A stretch of DNA of 32,000 nucleotides from assembly GCF_012570145.1 (NCBI RefSeq), contig NZ_CP046206.1, positions 182,324 to 214,323 on the forward strand, in the 5' to 3' direction. Every line of letters begins with the position of its first letter. Within the stretch, counting starts at the first letter, position 1. The DNA comes from Enterobacteriaceae endosymbiont of Donacia provostii (GTDB lineage Bacteria; Pseudomonadota; Gammaproteobacteria; Enterobacterales; Enterobacteriaceae). Of the stretch, positions 1 through 10,631 are shown piece after piece. The translations under genes were made by a program, and so were the position numbers. The notes beneath the pieces were generated by a model, which was given only the letters and a program-made list of their open reading frames with translations, had not been told where the DNA came from and searched no databases.

Positions 1-958
1 CAATTGGAAAACCAGTTGCTTTTGATGCCAAGGCAGAAGAACGTGAAACACGAGGATTCATTTCAATAACTATCAATTTCCCAGTTTGAGGATTAATTGC
101 AAATTGTACATTAGCTCCTCCAGAATTAAGTCCAATAGCTTCAATAATTGCTATAGAAGCATTTCTCATGATTTGATATTCTTTATCAGATAAAGTTTGA
201 GCTGGAGCAACTGTAATTGAATCTCCTGTATGTATACCCATTGGATCTATATTTTCAATAGAACATATAATAATAGAGTTTCCATTTTTATCTCTTACAA
301 CTTCCATTTCATATTCCTTCCATCCCATTAAAGATTCATCAATAATTAATTCATTATTAAATGATAATTTTAAACCATGATTACAAATTTTTTTAAATTC
401 TGAAATATTATATGCTATCCCCCCTCCACTTCCACCCATAGTAAATGAAGGTCTAATAATACATGGAAAACCAATTTTTTTAACACAATTTATTGCTTCA
501 TCTATATTATGAATAAAAAAAGAATTTGGTGTATGAAAACCTAATTTTTTTATAATTTTTGCGAAATAAGAACGATTTTCTGCTTGATAAATAGTATCAA
601 TAGATACACCAATAACTTCTATGTTAAATTTATTTAATATATTATTTTTATGTAAATCTAAAACACAATTTAAAGCTGTTTGTCCTCCCATCGTAGCTAA
701 AATAGCATCAGGTCTTTCTTTTTCTATAATTTTTGTAATAACTTCCCAATTAATAGGTTCTATATATGTTATATCCGCAATATCTGGATCTGTCATTATA
801 GTAGCAGGATTAGAATTAACTAAAATTAAATTATACCCTTCTTCTTTTAAAGCTTTACATGCTTGAGTACCAGAATAATCAAACTCACAAGCCTGACCAA
901 TAATAATTGGTCCTGCTCCTAAAATCATAATATTTTTTATATCAGTACGTTTTGGCAT
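1..958 (-). CDS. carB: carbamoyl-phosphate synthase large subunit, N-terminal ~319 codons; the gene continues past position 1
   Basis: Not in the ORF track because it is open at the window edge. The reverse strand from ATG (956-958) reads [37 protein letters not shown]. It stays open to position 2 and ends ...[20 protein letters not shown], which matches the ATP-grasp region of E. coli CarB from memory. It starts 1 nt after the carA stop (TAAaATG). Confidence 0.95.
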   Translation of the reverse strand, partial: MPKRTDIKNIMILGAGPIIIGQACEFDYSGTQACKALKEEGYNLILVNSNPATIMTDPDIADITYIEPINWEVITKIIEKERPDAILATMGGQTALNCVLDLHKNNILNKFNIEVIGVSIDTIYQAENRSYFAKIIKKLGFHTPNSFFIHNIDEAINCVKKIGFPCIIRPSFTMGGSGGGIAYNISEFKKICNHGLKLSFNNELIIDESLMGWKEYEMEVVRDKNGNSIIICSIENIDPMGIHTGDSITVAPAQTLSDKEYQIMRNASIAIIEAIGLNSGGANVQFAINPQTGKLIVIEMNPRVSRSSALASKATGFPI

Positions 959-959
959 T

Positions 960-2117
960 TTAACATCTCTTATTTTTTTTTTCATAATATATATGAATTA
1001 ATTTTATAAAATAATCAAATAATATAGATGCATCATTCGGTCCTGGATTTGATTCTGGATGTCCTTGAAAACCAAAAGCAGGTTTATTTATACAATGAAT
1101 ACCTTCTATAGTATTATCAAATAATGATTTATATGTAATTTTTAATTTTTTAGGAAAATTTTTTTTATCAATAGTAAAATTATGATTTTGAGTAGTAATT
1201 AGTACTTTATTATTTTCTAAATTTTTTACAGGATGATTACTTCCATGATGACCTATTTCCATTCTAACTATTTTAGCCCCATTAGCAATGGCTAAAATTT
1301 GATGACCAAAACAAACTCCAAAAATAGGAATATTTTTTTTTAATATTTTTTTTATAGTATGTATTATATAATGACAGGGATTAGGGTCTCCTGGACCATT
1401 AGATAAAAAAATACCATCAGGATTTAATAAAAGTAAATCTTGATAACTTATAAAAGCAGGAACAACAGTAACTTTACATTTTCTATCAACTAACATTTTT
1501 AAAATACTATTTTTAACACCAAAATCTAAAACTACAACATGTCTAAAAAACATATTTTTTTTAACTATTTGTATATTTTTACTATTTAAAATCCAAGAGT
1601 AATTTACTTTAGTAGTAATTTCTTTAACTAAATCTACACCTTTAAAACCTTTAAATTGATGTAGTTTATTTAAAATATCAATATAATTAATTTCTTTATT
1701 TGTAGAAATCAAAGCTATTTTTTTTATTTTTTTATTACTAATTAATCTTGTTAAATATCTAGTATCAATATCACTAATAGCAACAATATTCTTCTTTTTA
1801 AGAAAAATATTTAATTCTTCTGTACTACGATAATTACTTGATAATTTAGATAAATTCTTAATAATTAAACCTCTTGCATAAATTTTTGATGATTCATTAT
1901 CATATATATTAGTTCCGATATTACCGATATGAGGATATGTTAAAAGTATAATTTGTTTATAATAAGAAGGATCAGTAATAATTTCTTGATAACCAGTAAT
2001 AGCAGTATTAAATATGATTTCTCCTATTACTATTCCATTTATACCTATAGATTTTCCAATAATTTTTGTTCCATCTTCCATTAATAATAATGCTTTATTA
2101 TTCAAATTACTCTCCAT
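960..2117 (-). CDS. carA: carbamoyl-phosphate synthase small (glutaminase) subunit
   Basis: 385-aa ORF. Conserved motifs include [19 protein letters not shown], the catalytic Cys context GVCFGHQ, and FGFQGHPE. It is collinear with E. coli CarA. Confidence 0.95.
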   Translation of the reverse strand: MESNLNNKALLLMEDGTKIIGKSIGINGIVIGEIIFNTAITGYQEIITDPSYYKQIILLTYPHIGNIGTNIYDNESSKIYARGLIIKNLSKLSSNYRSTEELNIFLKKKNIVAISDIDTRYLTRLISNKKIKKIALISTNKEINYIDILNKLHQFKGFKGVDLVKEITTKVNYSWILNSKNIQIVKKNMFFRHVVVLDFGVKNSILKMLVDRKCKVTVVPAFISYQDLLLLNPDGIFLSNGPGDPNPCHYIIHTIKKILKKNIPIFGVCFGHQILAIANGAKIVRMEIGHHGSNHPVKNLENNKVLITTQNHNFTIDKKNFPKKLKITYKSLFDNTIEGIHCINKPAFGFQGHPESNPGPNDASILFDYFIKLIHIYYEKKNKRC

Positions 2118-2190
2118 TATTTATGATACTTTATATAAAGTATATAATTTTTTATAAATTATTTTATTATAGTTATATAATAAATGAAAT

Positions 2191-2226
2191 TTAGATTACT
2201 TTCTTTTTATAAAGAAAGTAATCTAA
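2191..2226 (-). terminator. putative rho-independent terminator of the ilv gene string
   Basis: Perfect 16-bp inverted repeat TTAGATTACTTTCTTT / AAAGAAAGTAATCTAA with a 4-nt loop. It begins 5 nt after the ilvC stop. On the transcribed (minus) strand it is followed by the T-rich ATTTCATTTATT. Confidence 0.6.
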
Positions 2227-2231
2227 TTTAA

Positions 2232-3713
2232 TTAATTGATATTATTTAAAGATTTCATATGAGTCATATAACTTCTTAAAATATATCCTATTTTTTCAAT
2301 AGGATGATTTCTAATATAATAATTTATTTTATATAAATCACTATTATTTATAGATGTATTTTTTATTTCAAGAATTCCTAAATCTTTTTTTGTAAGATTA
2401 TTTATAAATTTTTGTAATAAAGGAATAGCATTATTTGTAAATAAGTAATTACCATATTCAGCTGTATTTGATATAACATTATTCATTTCATATAATTTTT
2501 TTCTTGCAATAGTATTTGCAATTAAAGGTAATTCATGTAGTGATTCATAATATGCTGAGGCTGGTGAAATACCTGATTCTATCATTAATTCAAATGATAA
2601 TTCTATACTACTTTTAATAGTAGCAATCATAAAAATACCTTTATTAAAATAATTTTCTTCTTTTATATCAAAATTTTTTAAATTTTTAGTTTGATCAAAT
2701 CTATTATTTTTATATATTTTTCTCCATGTAATTAAATTTTTATTATTATTATTCCAATCTTCAATTAAATTTTTAGAAAATTCACCTGAAAGTATATTAT
2801 CCATATGTATTTTAAATAAAGGTTTTAATTTTTTTTTTAAAATTAAAGATAAATTATAAGCATGTATTTTACTAGAATTATTTAATCTATCCATCATTAA
2901 ACTAATACCTCCTTGTTTTAAGGCTTCTGTAATATATTCCCATCCAAATTGAATTAATTGTGCAGAATATAATGGATCTTGTTTAAATTTAATTAATTTA
3001 TCAAATAATAAAATAGATATTGTTTGTAACATTCCACATAATACTGTTTGCTCACCCATTAAATCTGATTTAACTTCAGCAATAAAAGAAGATTCTAATA
3101 CACCAGCTTTATGACTACCAATAGCAGCAGCCCAAGATTTAGCTATATTAAAACCATAATTATTTAGATGAGCTTCTTGATGAACAGCTATTAAAGCAGG
3201 TACTCCAAATCCTCTTTTAAATTCTTCTCTTACTTCTGTACCAGGACATTTTGGAGCAACCATAATAACTGTAATATCTTTAGATATGTTTTCTCCTTCT
3301 TCTACAATATTAAAACCATGAGAATAACCTAATGTTGCACCTTTTTTTATTAATGGTTTTATAATTTTTAAAATATCATGATGATGATTATCAGGAGTTA
3401 AATTAATAATTAAATCAGCATTAGGTATTAATTCTTTATAAGTACCAATATTAAATTTATTTTTATATGCTCTTTGCCAAGATATATTTTTATTTTTTAT
3501 AGATTCTTTTTTTAAAGCATATGAAATATTTAATCCAGAATCTCTCATATTTAATCCTTGATTTAAACCTTGAGATCCACAACCTATAATAACGATATTT
3601 TTATCTTTTAAAAAAGCAATACTATTGTTAAATTCTTCAAATTGCATTAATCTACACTTTTGTAAATTTTTTAATTTTTCGCGAAAATTTAAACTGTTGA
3701 AATAATTATTCAT
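2232..3713 (-). CDS. ilvC: ketol-acid reductoisomerase (class II, long form)
   Basis: 493-aa ORF starting [14 protein letters not shown]. Motifs: [60 protein letters not shown] Shine-Dalgarno lies about 7 nt upstream. Confidence 0.95.
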   Translation of the reverse strand: MNNYFNSLNFREKLKNLQKCRLMQFEEFNNSIAFLKDKNIVIIGCGSQGLNQGLNMRDSGLNISYALKKESIKNKNISWQRAYKNKFNIGTYKELIPNADLIINLTPDNHHHDILKIIKPLIKKGATLGYSHGFNIVEEGENISKDITVIMVAPKCPGTEVREEFKRGFGVPALIAVHQEAHLNNYGFNIAKSWAAAIGSHKAGVLESSFIAEVKSDLMGEQTVLCGMLQTISILLFDKLIKFKQDPLYSAQLIQFGWEYITEALKQGGISLMMDRLNNSSKIHAYNLSLILKKKLKPLFKIHMDNILSGEFSKNLIEDWNNNNKNLITWRKIYKNNRFDQTKNLKNFDIKEENYFNKGIFMIATIKSSIELSFELMIESGISPASAYYESLHELPLIANTIARKKLYEMNNVISNTAEYGNYLFTNNAIPLLQKFINNLTKKDLGILEIKNTSINNSDLYKINYYIRNHPIEKIGYILRSYMTHMKSLNNIN

Positions 3714-3795
3714 TTTAATTATCCTTTTTGAAAAACATTTATTTATACAAAAGAAATTTATAATTTTTAAAATTAAATTTAATAAATTTTTTTAT

Positions 3796-5646
3796 TTAAT
3801 ATTGTAATTTTTTCTTATCTCTTACTGCTCCTTTATCAGAACTAGTAACTAAACTTGCATAAGCTTTAAGTGCAAAAGAAATTTTTCTTTGTCTTTTAAT
3901 TGAAGGTTTATATGCTAAAAAACCCTTATTTTTTTCTTCTTCAATTCTTTTTTTTAAAATAATTGAAGAAACATCTAAGTTTATAAATCTTTTTGGTATA
4001 TTAATATGGATAATATCATTATTTTTAACTAATGCTATTAATCCTTTATTAGCAGCTTCAGGAGAAATATGTCCTATAGATAAGCCAGAAGTCCCCCCAG
4101 AAAATCTTCCATCTGTAATTAAAGCACATTTTTTATCTAAATTCATAGATTTTAAATATGATGTAGGATATAACATTTCTTGCATACCAGGACCACCTTT
4201 AGGTCCTTCATATCTTATAACTATTATATCACCAGAAAAAATTTTTTTATTTAAAATAGCATGTACTGCTTCTTCTTGACTATCAAATACTTTAGCTTTT
4301 CCTGTAAAAATTAATAATTTTTTATCTACACTAGCAGTCTTAACAACACATCCATTTTTGGCAATATTACCATACAAAATAGCTAATCCTCCATCCTTAC
4401 TAAAAGCATATTTATATGAACGAATACAACCATTTTTTCTATCTTTATCTAAAGTAGAATAAAAATTTTTTTGTGAAAAAGGTTTTATTGTTTTAATATT
4501 TCCAGGAGCTGATTTATAAAATTTTTTTATATTTATATTTTTTGTATTTAAAATATTATATTTTGATATAGTTTCTTCTATAGTTAATCCTAAAATATTT
4601 TTAGTATCTTTATTAATTAAATTTAATTTATTTAATTCATGTAAAATTCCTATAACTCCTCCAGATCTATGAAAATCTTCCATATAAAATTTATTAGTAC
4701 TAGGAGAAATCATACATAACCAAGGAGTTTTTTTAGATAAATAATCAATTGTATTTAAATTAAATTTTATATTAGTTTCTTGTGATAAAGCTAACATATG
4801 TAATATTGTATTGGTGGATCCACCCATAGCAATATCTAATATCATTGCATTTTCAAAAGATTTTTGATTAGCAATATTTCTAGGTAAAAAATTAATATTA
4901 TTATTTTTATAATATTTTTCAGTAATTTCAATTATTTTATGAGCAGATTCTATACATAATTGTTTTCTATTAACATGTGTTGATAATAATGATCCATTAC
5001 CAGGTAAAGATAAACCTAATACTTCAGTAATACAGTTCATAGAATTAGCTGTAAACATGCCTGAACATGAACCACATGTAGGACATGCATTAAGTTCAAT
5101 TTTTTTTATATTGTGATTAGATTGTTCTGGATTAGCTGCTTGGATCATAGCATCAACTAAATCAATTTTAATATTTTCTTTTATATTAATTTGACCGGCT
5201 TCCATAGGACCCCCAGATATAAAAACAGTAGGTATATTTAATCTTAAACTAGCCATTAACATCCCAGGAGTAATTTTATCGCAATTAGATATACATATCA
5301 TAGAATCAGCACAATGTGCATTTATAACATATTCTATAGAATCTGCAATTAATTCTCTTGAAGGTAAAGAATATAACATTCCATCATGTCCCATTGCTAT
5401 TCCATCATCTATAGCTATAGTATTAAATTCTTTAGGTACACCACCATTTTTTCTAATTTCATTAGAAATAATCTTACTTACATTTCTTAAATGTATATGT
5501 CCAGGAACAAATTCTGAAAAAGAATTAACTATAGCAATTATAGGTTTATTGAAATCTTCTTCCTTCATTCCTGTTGCACGCCAAAGAGCTCTAGCACCAG
5601 CCATATTACGACCTTTTGTCGTAGTAAATGAACGATAATTAGGCAT
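3796..5646 (-). CDS. ilvD: dihydroxy-acid dehydratase
   Basis: 616-aa ORF starting [27 protein letters not shown]. Also contains [29 protein letters not shown] and [17 protein letters not shown]. Near full-length match to E. coli IlvD from memory. Confidence 0.96.
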   Translation of the reverse strand: MPNYRSFTTTKGRNMAGARALWRATGMKEEDFNKPIIAIVNSFSEFVPGHIHLRNVSKIISNEIRKNGGVPKEFNTIAIDDGIAMGHDGMLYSLPSRELIADSIEYVINAHCADSMICISNCDKITPGMLMASLRLNIPTVFISGGPMEAGQINIKENIKIDLVDAMIQAANPEQSNHNIKKIELNACPTCGSCSGMFTANSMNCITEVLGLSLPGNGSLLSTHVNRKQLCIESAHKIIEITEKYYKNNNINFLPRNIANQKSFENAMILDIAMGGSTNTILHMLALSQETNIKFNLNTIDYLSKKTPWLCMISPSTNKFYMEDFHRSGGVIGILHELNKLNLINKDTKNILGLTIEETISKYNILNTKNINIKKFYKSAPGNIKTIKPFSQKNFYSTLDKDRKNGCIRSYKYAFSKDGGLAILYGNIAKNGCVVKTASVDKKLLIFTGKAKVFDSQEEAVHAILNKKIFSGDIIVIRYEGPKGGPGMQEMLYPTSYLKSMNLDKKCALITDGRFSGGTSGLSIGHISPEAANKGLIALVKNNDIIHINIPKRFINLDVSSIILKKRIEEEKNKGFLAYKPSIKRQRKISFALKAYASLVTSSDKGAVRDKKKLQY

Positions 5647-5675
5647 ATTTATTTCCTTTTATTAAAATTAAAAAT

Positions 5676-6608
5676 TTATAAAATATTAATATAATTTAAC
5701 CAATTCCATTTATCTTTTTTAATTCCTTTTAATAAAGAATTAAATTCTTTTTGTATATTTTCTGTAATTTTACCTTTTTTACCATTATTAATTAATATAT
5801 TATCAATATTACAAACTGGAGTAATTTCAGCTGCTGTACCTGTTAAAAATATTTCATCTGCTATATATAAAAACTCTCTTAATATAAAACATTCTTTAAC
5901 TTTAATATTGAGATTTTTAGATATTTTAATAACAGAATCTCTCGTAATTCCAGGAAGAACAGAAGATGTTAATGGTGGTGTAAATAAAATATTATCTTTT
6001 ACTATAAAAATGTTTTCTCCTGATCCTTCAGAAATAAATCCTAAACTATCTAATGATATTCCTTCATCATATCCATTCCTACGTGCTTCATTACCAATTA
6101 ATAAAGAAGATAAATAATTACCTCCTGCTTTGGATAAGCTAGGTATAGTATTAGGTTTACATTTATTCCAAGAAGATATCATTATATTAATACCGTTAAC
6201 TTTTGAAGTATTACCAAGATAATTATCCCATGGAAATGCACTAATCATTATATCCGTATAGTAATTATTAGGAGGATTAATTCCTAAACCAACATCACCT
6301 ATAAATACTAAAATTCTAATATATGCTTCTTGTAGTTTATTAATATTAATTGTTAAATAAACAGCATTCATTAATTCTTTTATAGAAAATTTTATTGGAA
6401 AACGATATATTTTTGCAGAATTATATAAACGATTCATATGATCTTTATGACGAAAAATAACAGATCCCTTCTGTGATTTATAACATCTTATGCCTTCGAA
6501 AACAGATGTACCATAATGTAATGCATGACTCATAACACTAATTTTAGCATCTTCCCATTTTATGATATTACCATTTAACCAAATAAAATCTGCTTTTTTT
6601 GTAGACAT
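5676..6608 (-). CDS. ilvE: branched-chain amino acid aminotransferase
   Basis: 310-aa ORF starting MSTKKADFIWLNG..WEDAKISVMSHALHYGTSVFEGIRCY. Also contains KAGGNYLSSLL and LPGITRD. Confidence 0.95.
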   Translation of the reverse strand: MSTKKADFIWLNGNIIKWEDAKISVMSHALHYGTSVFEGIRCYKSQKGSVIFRHKDHMNRLYNSAKIYRFPIKFSIKELMNAVYLTININKLQEAYIRILVFIGDVGLGINPPNNYYTDIMISAFPWDNYLGNTSKVNGINIMISSWNKCKPNTIPSLSKAGGNYLSSLLIGNEARRNGYDEGISLDSLGFISEGSGENIFIVKDNILFTPPLTSSVLPGITRDSVIKISKNLNIKVKECFILREFLYIADEIFLTGTAAEITPVCNIDNILINNGKKGKITENIQKEFNSLLKGIKKDKWNWLNYINIL

Positions 6609-6651
6609 TATTATAATTCCTTATTTTAAGTAATAATGTTATTATAATATT

Positions 6652-6885
6652 TTATGATATAATCACTATATCTAATACATCTATAAGTTTTGCAATTTGT
6701 TTTACCAAAAAATTTATATGTTTAAAACTTTTAATTACTAAGTAAAAATTAATATTTTTACATTTTTTTATTACATTAATATTAATTTTTTGTATAAAAA
6801 AACCTCTATGACGAATAATTCTCATTATTCTTTCTATTATTTCAGGAGTAATATTTGTTACAATATTTAATTGATATTTATACAT
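6652..6885 (-). CDS. ilvM: acetolactate synthase II small (regulatory) subunit
   Basis: 77-aa ORF. It has an IIERIMRIIRHRGF motif matching E. coli IlvM LERVLRVVRHRGF. Its start codon abuts the ilvG stop (TAAATG), the canonical ilvG-ilvM arrangement. Confidence 0.8.
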   Translation of the reverse strand: MYKYQLNIVTNITPEIIERIMRIIRHRGFFIQKININVIKKCKNINFYLVIKSFKHINFLVKQIAKLIDVLDIVIIS

Positions 6886-8547
6886 TTAAATTTTCTCTAT
6901 CATATTATCATTACTAGATCCAGGAGGTACTAATGGCCAAACATTATCATCTTCATTAATAGAAACATGTAAAATATAAGGTTTATTTAAAGTAAAAATT
7001 TTCTGTAAACTTTGTTCGATATCTGTATAATTATTTATTTTATGTCCAGATATTCCAAAGGATTCTGCTAATTTAATAAAATCTGGATTATCATATAAGT
7101 ATGTTTCACTATATCTTTTATTAAAAAAAATTTGTTGCCATTGTCTTACCATACCTAATCTTTGATTATCTAATAATATAATTTTTATTGGTAAATTTTT
7201 TCTTTTAATCGTACTTAATTCCTGAATATTCATCATAAATGATCCATCACCAGAAATACATATAACATTATTATAAGGTTTTGCTATTTGAGCACCAATT
7301 GCTGCAGGTAATCCAAAACCCATTGTTCCTAATCCACTAGAAGTAATAAAATTTTTAGGGTTAGAAAAATGTATATGTTGTGCTACCCACATTTGATGTT
7401 GTCCTACGTCTGTAGTAATAATAGTATTTTTATTTTTAAAATCTGATAGTTTTTTTAAGAAAAAAGGAGCAAATATTTTATTTTTTTTTTTATTAGGATA
7501 ATATATATAAGAATATTTTTTTTTAATTTTTTTAATGTATATTTGCCATTTTTTAATATTTTTAGGTTTTGATAGTAATGGAATTAAATAATTAAAATTT
7601 CCTATTAAAGATACTTTTACTTTACAAATTTTATTAATTTCTGCAGGATCTATATCTAAATGAATAATATCTGCAAATGGGGCAAATGTTTTTGTATTAC
7701 CTGTAACTCTATCATCAAATCTAGTTCCGATAGCTATTAATAAATCACATTTTTGTACAGTATAATTTGCTGCTTTATTACCATGCATCCCTATCATTCC
7801 TAAATAATAGGGTTCTTTATTTTTTATAGTTCCTATTCCTTTTAAAGTAACTACTGTAGGTATTTTAGATATTTTAACAAAATTTCTTAATACTTTTACT
7901 GCATTTCCTATATTCACTCCTCCTCCTATATATAATATAGGTTTCATAGATTTTTTTAATAAAAAATTTATTTTTTTAATTTTTTTTATAAAATTTTTTT
8001 GATGTGAAAAAATAAAATTTTTTTTTTCTTCAAATTTAATTTTTTTATTTATACTAGATAATTGTATATCTTTTGGTATATCTATTAATACAGGACCTGG
8101 CCTATTAGATAACGCTATATTAAAAGCTTTATCCATAATGTTGGGTAATGTTTTTAATGAAGTTATTAAAAAACTATGTTTAGTACATGATAAAGACATA
8201 CCTATAATATCTATTTCTTGAAAAGCATCAGTACCAATTAGTGAAAGTGATACTTGTCCTGTAATAGCAATAATAGGTATAGAATCTACCATTGCATCTG
8301 CTAGACCAGTTATTAAATTAGTAGCACCTGGTCCAGAAGTAGCAATACATACTCCTATTTTTCCTGTAGCTCTTGCATATCCAATAGCAGCCATAACTGC
8401 TCCTTGTTCATGTCTACATAATATATGTTCTATATGTTTATCATATAATGCATCATATAAAGGCATAATTGCCCCACCAGGATATCCAAATACTGTTTTA
8501 ATATTTTTTTGTCTTAATATTTGAATTATACATTGTGCTCCGTTCAT
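6886..8547 (-). CDS. ilvG: acetolactate synthase II large subunit (TPP-dependent)
   Basis: The ORF track gives 6886..8583. E. coli IlvG begins MNGAQ, which matches the internal Met at 8545-8547. That Met is preceded by an AGAGGT Shine-Dalgarno, so I prefer it as the start. Motifs: [63 protein letters not shown]. Confidence 0.93.
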   Translation of the reverse strand: MNGAQCIIQILRQKNIKTVFGYPGGAIMPLYDALYDKHIEHILCRHEQGAVMAAIGYARATGKIGVCIATSGPGATNLITGLADAMVDSIPIIAITGQVSLSLIGTDAFQEIDIIGMSLSCTKHSFLITSLKTLPNIMDKAFNIALSNRPGPVLIDIPKDIQLSSINKKIKFEEKKNFIFSHQKNFIKKIKKINFLLKKSMKPILYIGGGVNIGNAVKVLRNFVKISKIPTVVTLKGIGTIKNKEPYYLGMIGMHGNKAANYTVQKCDLLIAIGTRFDDRVTGNTKTFAPFADIIHLDIDPAEINKICKVKVSLIGNFNYLIPLLSKPKNIKKWQIYIKKIKKKYSYIYYPNKKKNKIFAPFFLKKLSDFKNKNTIITTDVGQHQMWVAQHIHFSNPKNFITSSGLGTMGFGLPAAIGAQIAKPYNNVICISGDGSFMMNIQELSTIKRKNLPIKIILLDNQRLGMVRQWQQIFFNKRYSETYLYDNPDFIKLAESFGISGHKINNYTDIEQSLQKIFTLNKPYILHVSINEDDNVWPLVPPGSSNDNMIEKI

Positions 8548-8789
8548 ATTTAGTACCTCTTTTTTTAGAAAAATAATATGCATAATTCAATGTAATCATG
8601 ATTTTAATATATTTAAATTTTTAGATAAAATGATATGATTTTATATTTGATATGTTATTAAAATTTTTTAAAAAATCATATAAAATTTTATATTAAATAT
8701 TTATATATATGAATATATATTTACATAAAATATTTTATTTTTCATTTATAATAATTTTTAAAAAATTAAATATTACTTTTATAATTATT

Positions 8790-8862
8790 CAGGGGTGGAG
8801 GGAATTGAACCCCCAACCATTGGTTTTGGAGACCAATATTCTACCAATTAAACTACACCCCT
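8790..8862 (-). tRNA. trpT: tRNA-Trp (anticodon CCA), no encoded 3' CCA
   Basis: The reverse strand reads AGGGGTGTAGTTTAATTGGTAGAATATTGGTCTCCAAAACCAATGGTTGGGGGTTCAATTCCCTCCACCCCTG. It folds as a cloverleaf with a 7-bp acceptor stem, anticodon stem TTGGT/ACCAA, loop CT-CCA-AA and T-loop TTCAATT. It closely resembles E. coli tRNA-Trp. Confidence 0.93.
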
Positions 8863-9060
8863 TAGTATATTTTATATATAAAAATAATTATAATTTAATA
8901 TAGTATATTATATACTATTATTAGTAAAATTTTTTTATAATAAAATTTATATATTTAAGATATAAAAATTTTAAATAAATTGCTATTATAAAAAAAGTAT
9001 TTTTAAATTTTTACAAATGTGTTTATTAAATTATATATATTAATATACAAGGATTAAAAA

Positions 9061-9813
9061 ATGACAGAATGGAGTATTGGAAAAATAAAAAATATAAAAT
9101 ATTGGACAAATAATTTTTTTAGTATTATTTTAAAAGCAAAAATTAATAATTTTTTTGCTGGTCAATTTACTAAATTGGCATTAAATATTAATAATAAAAA
9201 AATACAAAGAGCATATTCGTATATTAATCCACCAAAAAATCAAAATTATGAATTTTATATTTCTAATATTCATAAAGGAAATTTAACTCCATATTTATAT
9301 AAATTAAAAATTAATGATGAAATTATGATTGCAAAAAATTCGTTAGGAAATTTTACAATAAATAATATTCAATCTTGTCAAAATTTATGGATGTTATCAA
9401 CAGGTACAGGTATTGGTCCTTATCTTTCAATATTACAAGATGATATATGTTTTCAAAAATTTAAAAAAATTATTTTAATACATTCTATAAGATATATAGA
9501 AAATTTTAATTATTTAAATTTAGTTCAAAAAATAAAACGAAAATATAATGATCAATTTATTATTCAAATTATTTTAACTAGAAAAATTAATATTAATAAT
9601 TCTATTTTATATGGTTATATTCCTGATTTAATTAAAAGTGGTAAAATAGAACATAATATTGGAATTAAAATAGATACTAACAATAGTCATATAATGTTAT
9701 GTGGTAATCCTAATATGATTAAACAAACAAGAATATTTTTAGAAAAATATAAAAATTTTTCTAAAAATCTAATTAATAAAAAAGGAAATATTACTTATGA
9801 ACAATACTGGTAA
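9061..9813 (+). CDS. fpr: ferredoxin/flavodoxin-NADP+ reductase
   Basis: 250-aa ORF. Contains FFAGQFTKLAL, the FAD-binding RAYSY, WMLSTGTGIGPYLSIL, MLCGNP and a C-terminal YEQYW (E. coli ends AEHYW). AAGGA Shine-Dalgarno upstream. Confidence 0.9.
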   Translation: MTEWSIGKIKNIKYWTNNFFSIILKAKINNFFAGQFTKLALNINNKKIQRAYSYINPPKNQNYEFYISNIHKGNLTPYLYKLKINDEIMIAKNSLGNFTINNIQSCQNLWMLSTGTGIGPYLSILQDDICFQKFKKIILIHSIRYIENFNYLNLVQKIKRKYNDQFIIQIILTRKININNSILYGYIPDLIKSGKIEHNIGIKIDTNNSHIMLCGNPNMIKQTRIFLEKYKNFSKNLINKKGNITYEQYW

Positions 9814-9851
9814 TATTACTAATATTAAATAAAATATTTAAAGGAAATTAT

Positions 9852-10631
9852 ATGAAAAAATTTTTAATTACTGCTAATTGGAAATTAAATGGTAGTTATA
9901 ATTTTATAAATAAAAATATAGATTTAATAAAAAAGATTAATGATTATTTACATTTTTGTCATATATCTTTAGCCCCTCCTTATGTATATTTAAATTATAT
10001 TAATCAATTTATTAAAAATACTTCTATATCTTTAACAGCACAAAATGTAGATATTCATCTTAAAGGATCTTTTACAGGTGAAACATCAATAAATATGTTA
10101 AAAGATATAGGTGTAAAATATATTATAATTGGTCATTCAGAAAGAAGATTATATCATAATGAAAATATTAATTTAATTGCAAAAAAATTTATATTAATTA
10201 AAGAACATGGTCTAATTCCTATTTTATGTATAGGAGAAACTAAAGAACAAAAAAAATATAAATTAACAGAAAAAATCTGTATTAATCAAATTAATAGTAT
10301 TCTGAAACTTAGTAATAATGTTAATATATTTGAAAATACTATTATAGCTTATGAACCTATTTGGGCTATCGGATCAGGAAAAATAGCAAATATAGATGAA
10401 GTAAAAAATATTATTTTTTTTATTAGAAAATATATATCTTCTTTTAATAAGAAGATAATAGAAAATATATATTTTCAGTATGGTGGATCAGTAGATTATT
10501 CTAATATAGATAATTTTTTGAATAAAACATATATAAATGGTTTTTTAATAGGTAAAGTTTCTTTAAAATTAAAAAATTTTATATTTTTAGTTAAAAAAAT
10601 TGAAAAAAATTTAAATTCTAATTGGTCTTAA
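9852..10631 (+). CDS. tpiA: triosephosphate isomerase
   Basis: 259-aa ORF. Contains ANWKLNG, IIGHSERR and AYEPIWAIGSG (catalytic Glu context). The 3' end overlaps the lysS 3' end by 21 nt. Confidence 0.92.
   Translation: MKKFLITANWKLNGSYNFINKNIDLIKKINDYLHFCHISLAPPYVYLNYINQFIKNTSISLTAQNVDIHLKGSFTGETSINMLKDIGVKYIIIGHSERRLYHNENINLIAKKFILIKEHGLIPILCIGETKEQKKYKLTEKICINQINSILKLSNNVNIFENTIIAYEPIWAIGSGKIANIDEVKNIIFFIRKYISSFNKKIIENIYFQYGGSVDYSNIDNFLNKTYINGFLIGKVSLKLKNFIFLVKKIEKNLNSNWS

Noticed and set aside
621-866. 81-aa plus-strand ORF.
   Set aside because: It lies antisense within the well-supported carB coding region. It is hydrophobic and low-complexity, with no recognisable motifs.
5908-6117. 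69-aa plus-strand ORF.
   Set aside because: It is antisense inside ilvE and has no motifs.
8548-8583. Twelve-codon N-terminal extension of ilvG in the ORF track ([12 protein letters not shown]).
   Set aside because: E. coli IlvG starts at MNGAQ, which corresponds to the Met at 8545-8547, and that Met has an AGAGGT Shine-Dalgarno. The extension is an AT-rich run-in with no homology.
8701-8745. Small minus-strand ORF (MKNKIFYVNIYSYI) upstream of ilvG as a possible ilvL-type attenuation leader.
   Set aside because: It has no run of Ile/Val/Leu codons, no alternative terminator/antiterminator stems that I can find, and no resemblance to ilvL. ORFs this short arise by chance in AT-rich DNA.
8709-8903. 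64-aa plus-strand ORF.
   Set aside because: It runs straight through the tRNA-Trp gene on the opposite strand. The GC-rich part of the ORF is just the tRNA complement.
8899-8920. Short palindrome (TAGTATA tta TATACTA) in the trpT/fpr spacer, and similar A/T palindromes in the degP/rpiA spacer (for example TATTTATTTaAAATAAATA near 15082-15100).
   Set aside because: Both flanking genes diverge from these spacers, so a terminator role makes no sense. The stems are A/T-only or nearly so and are likely chance. No DnaA-box-like 9-mers with fewer than 3 mismatches were seen by eye.
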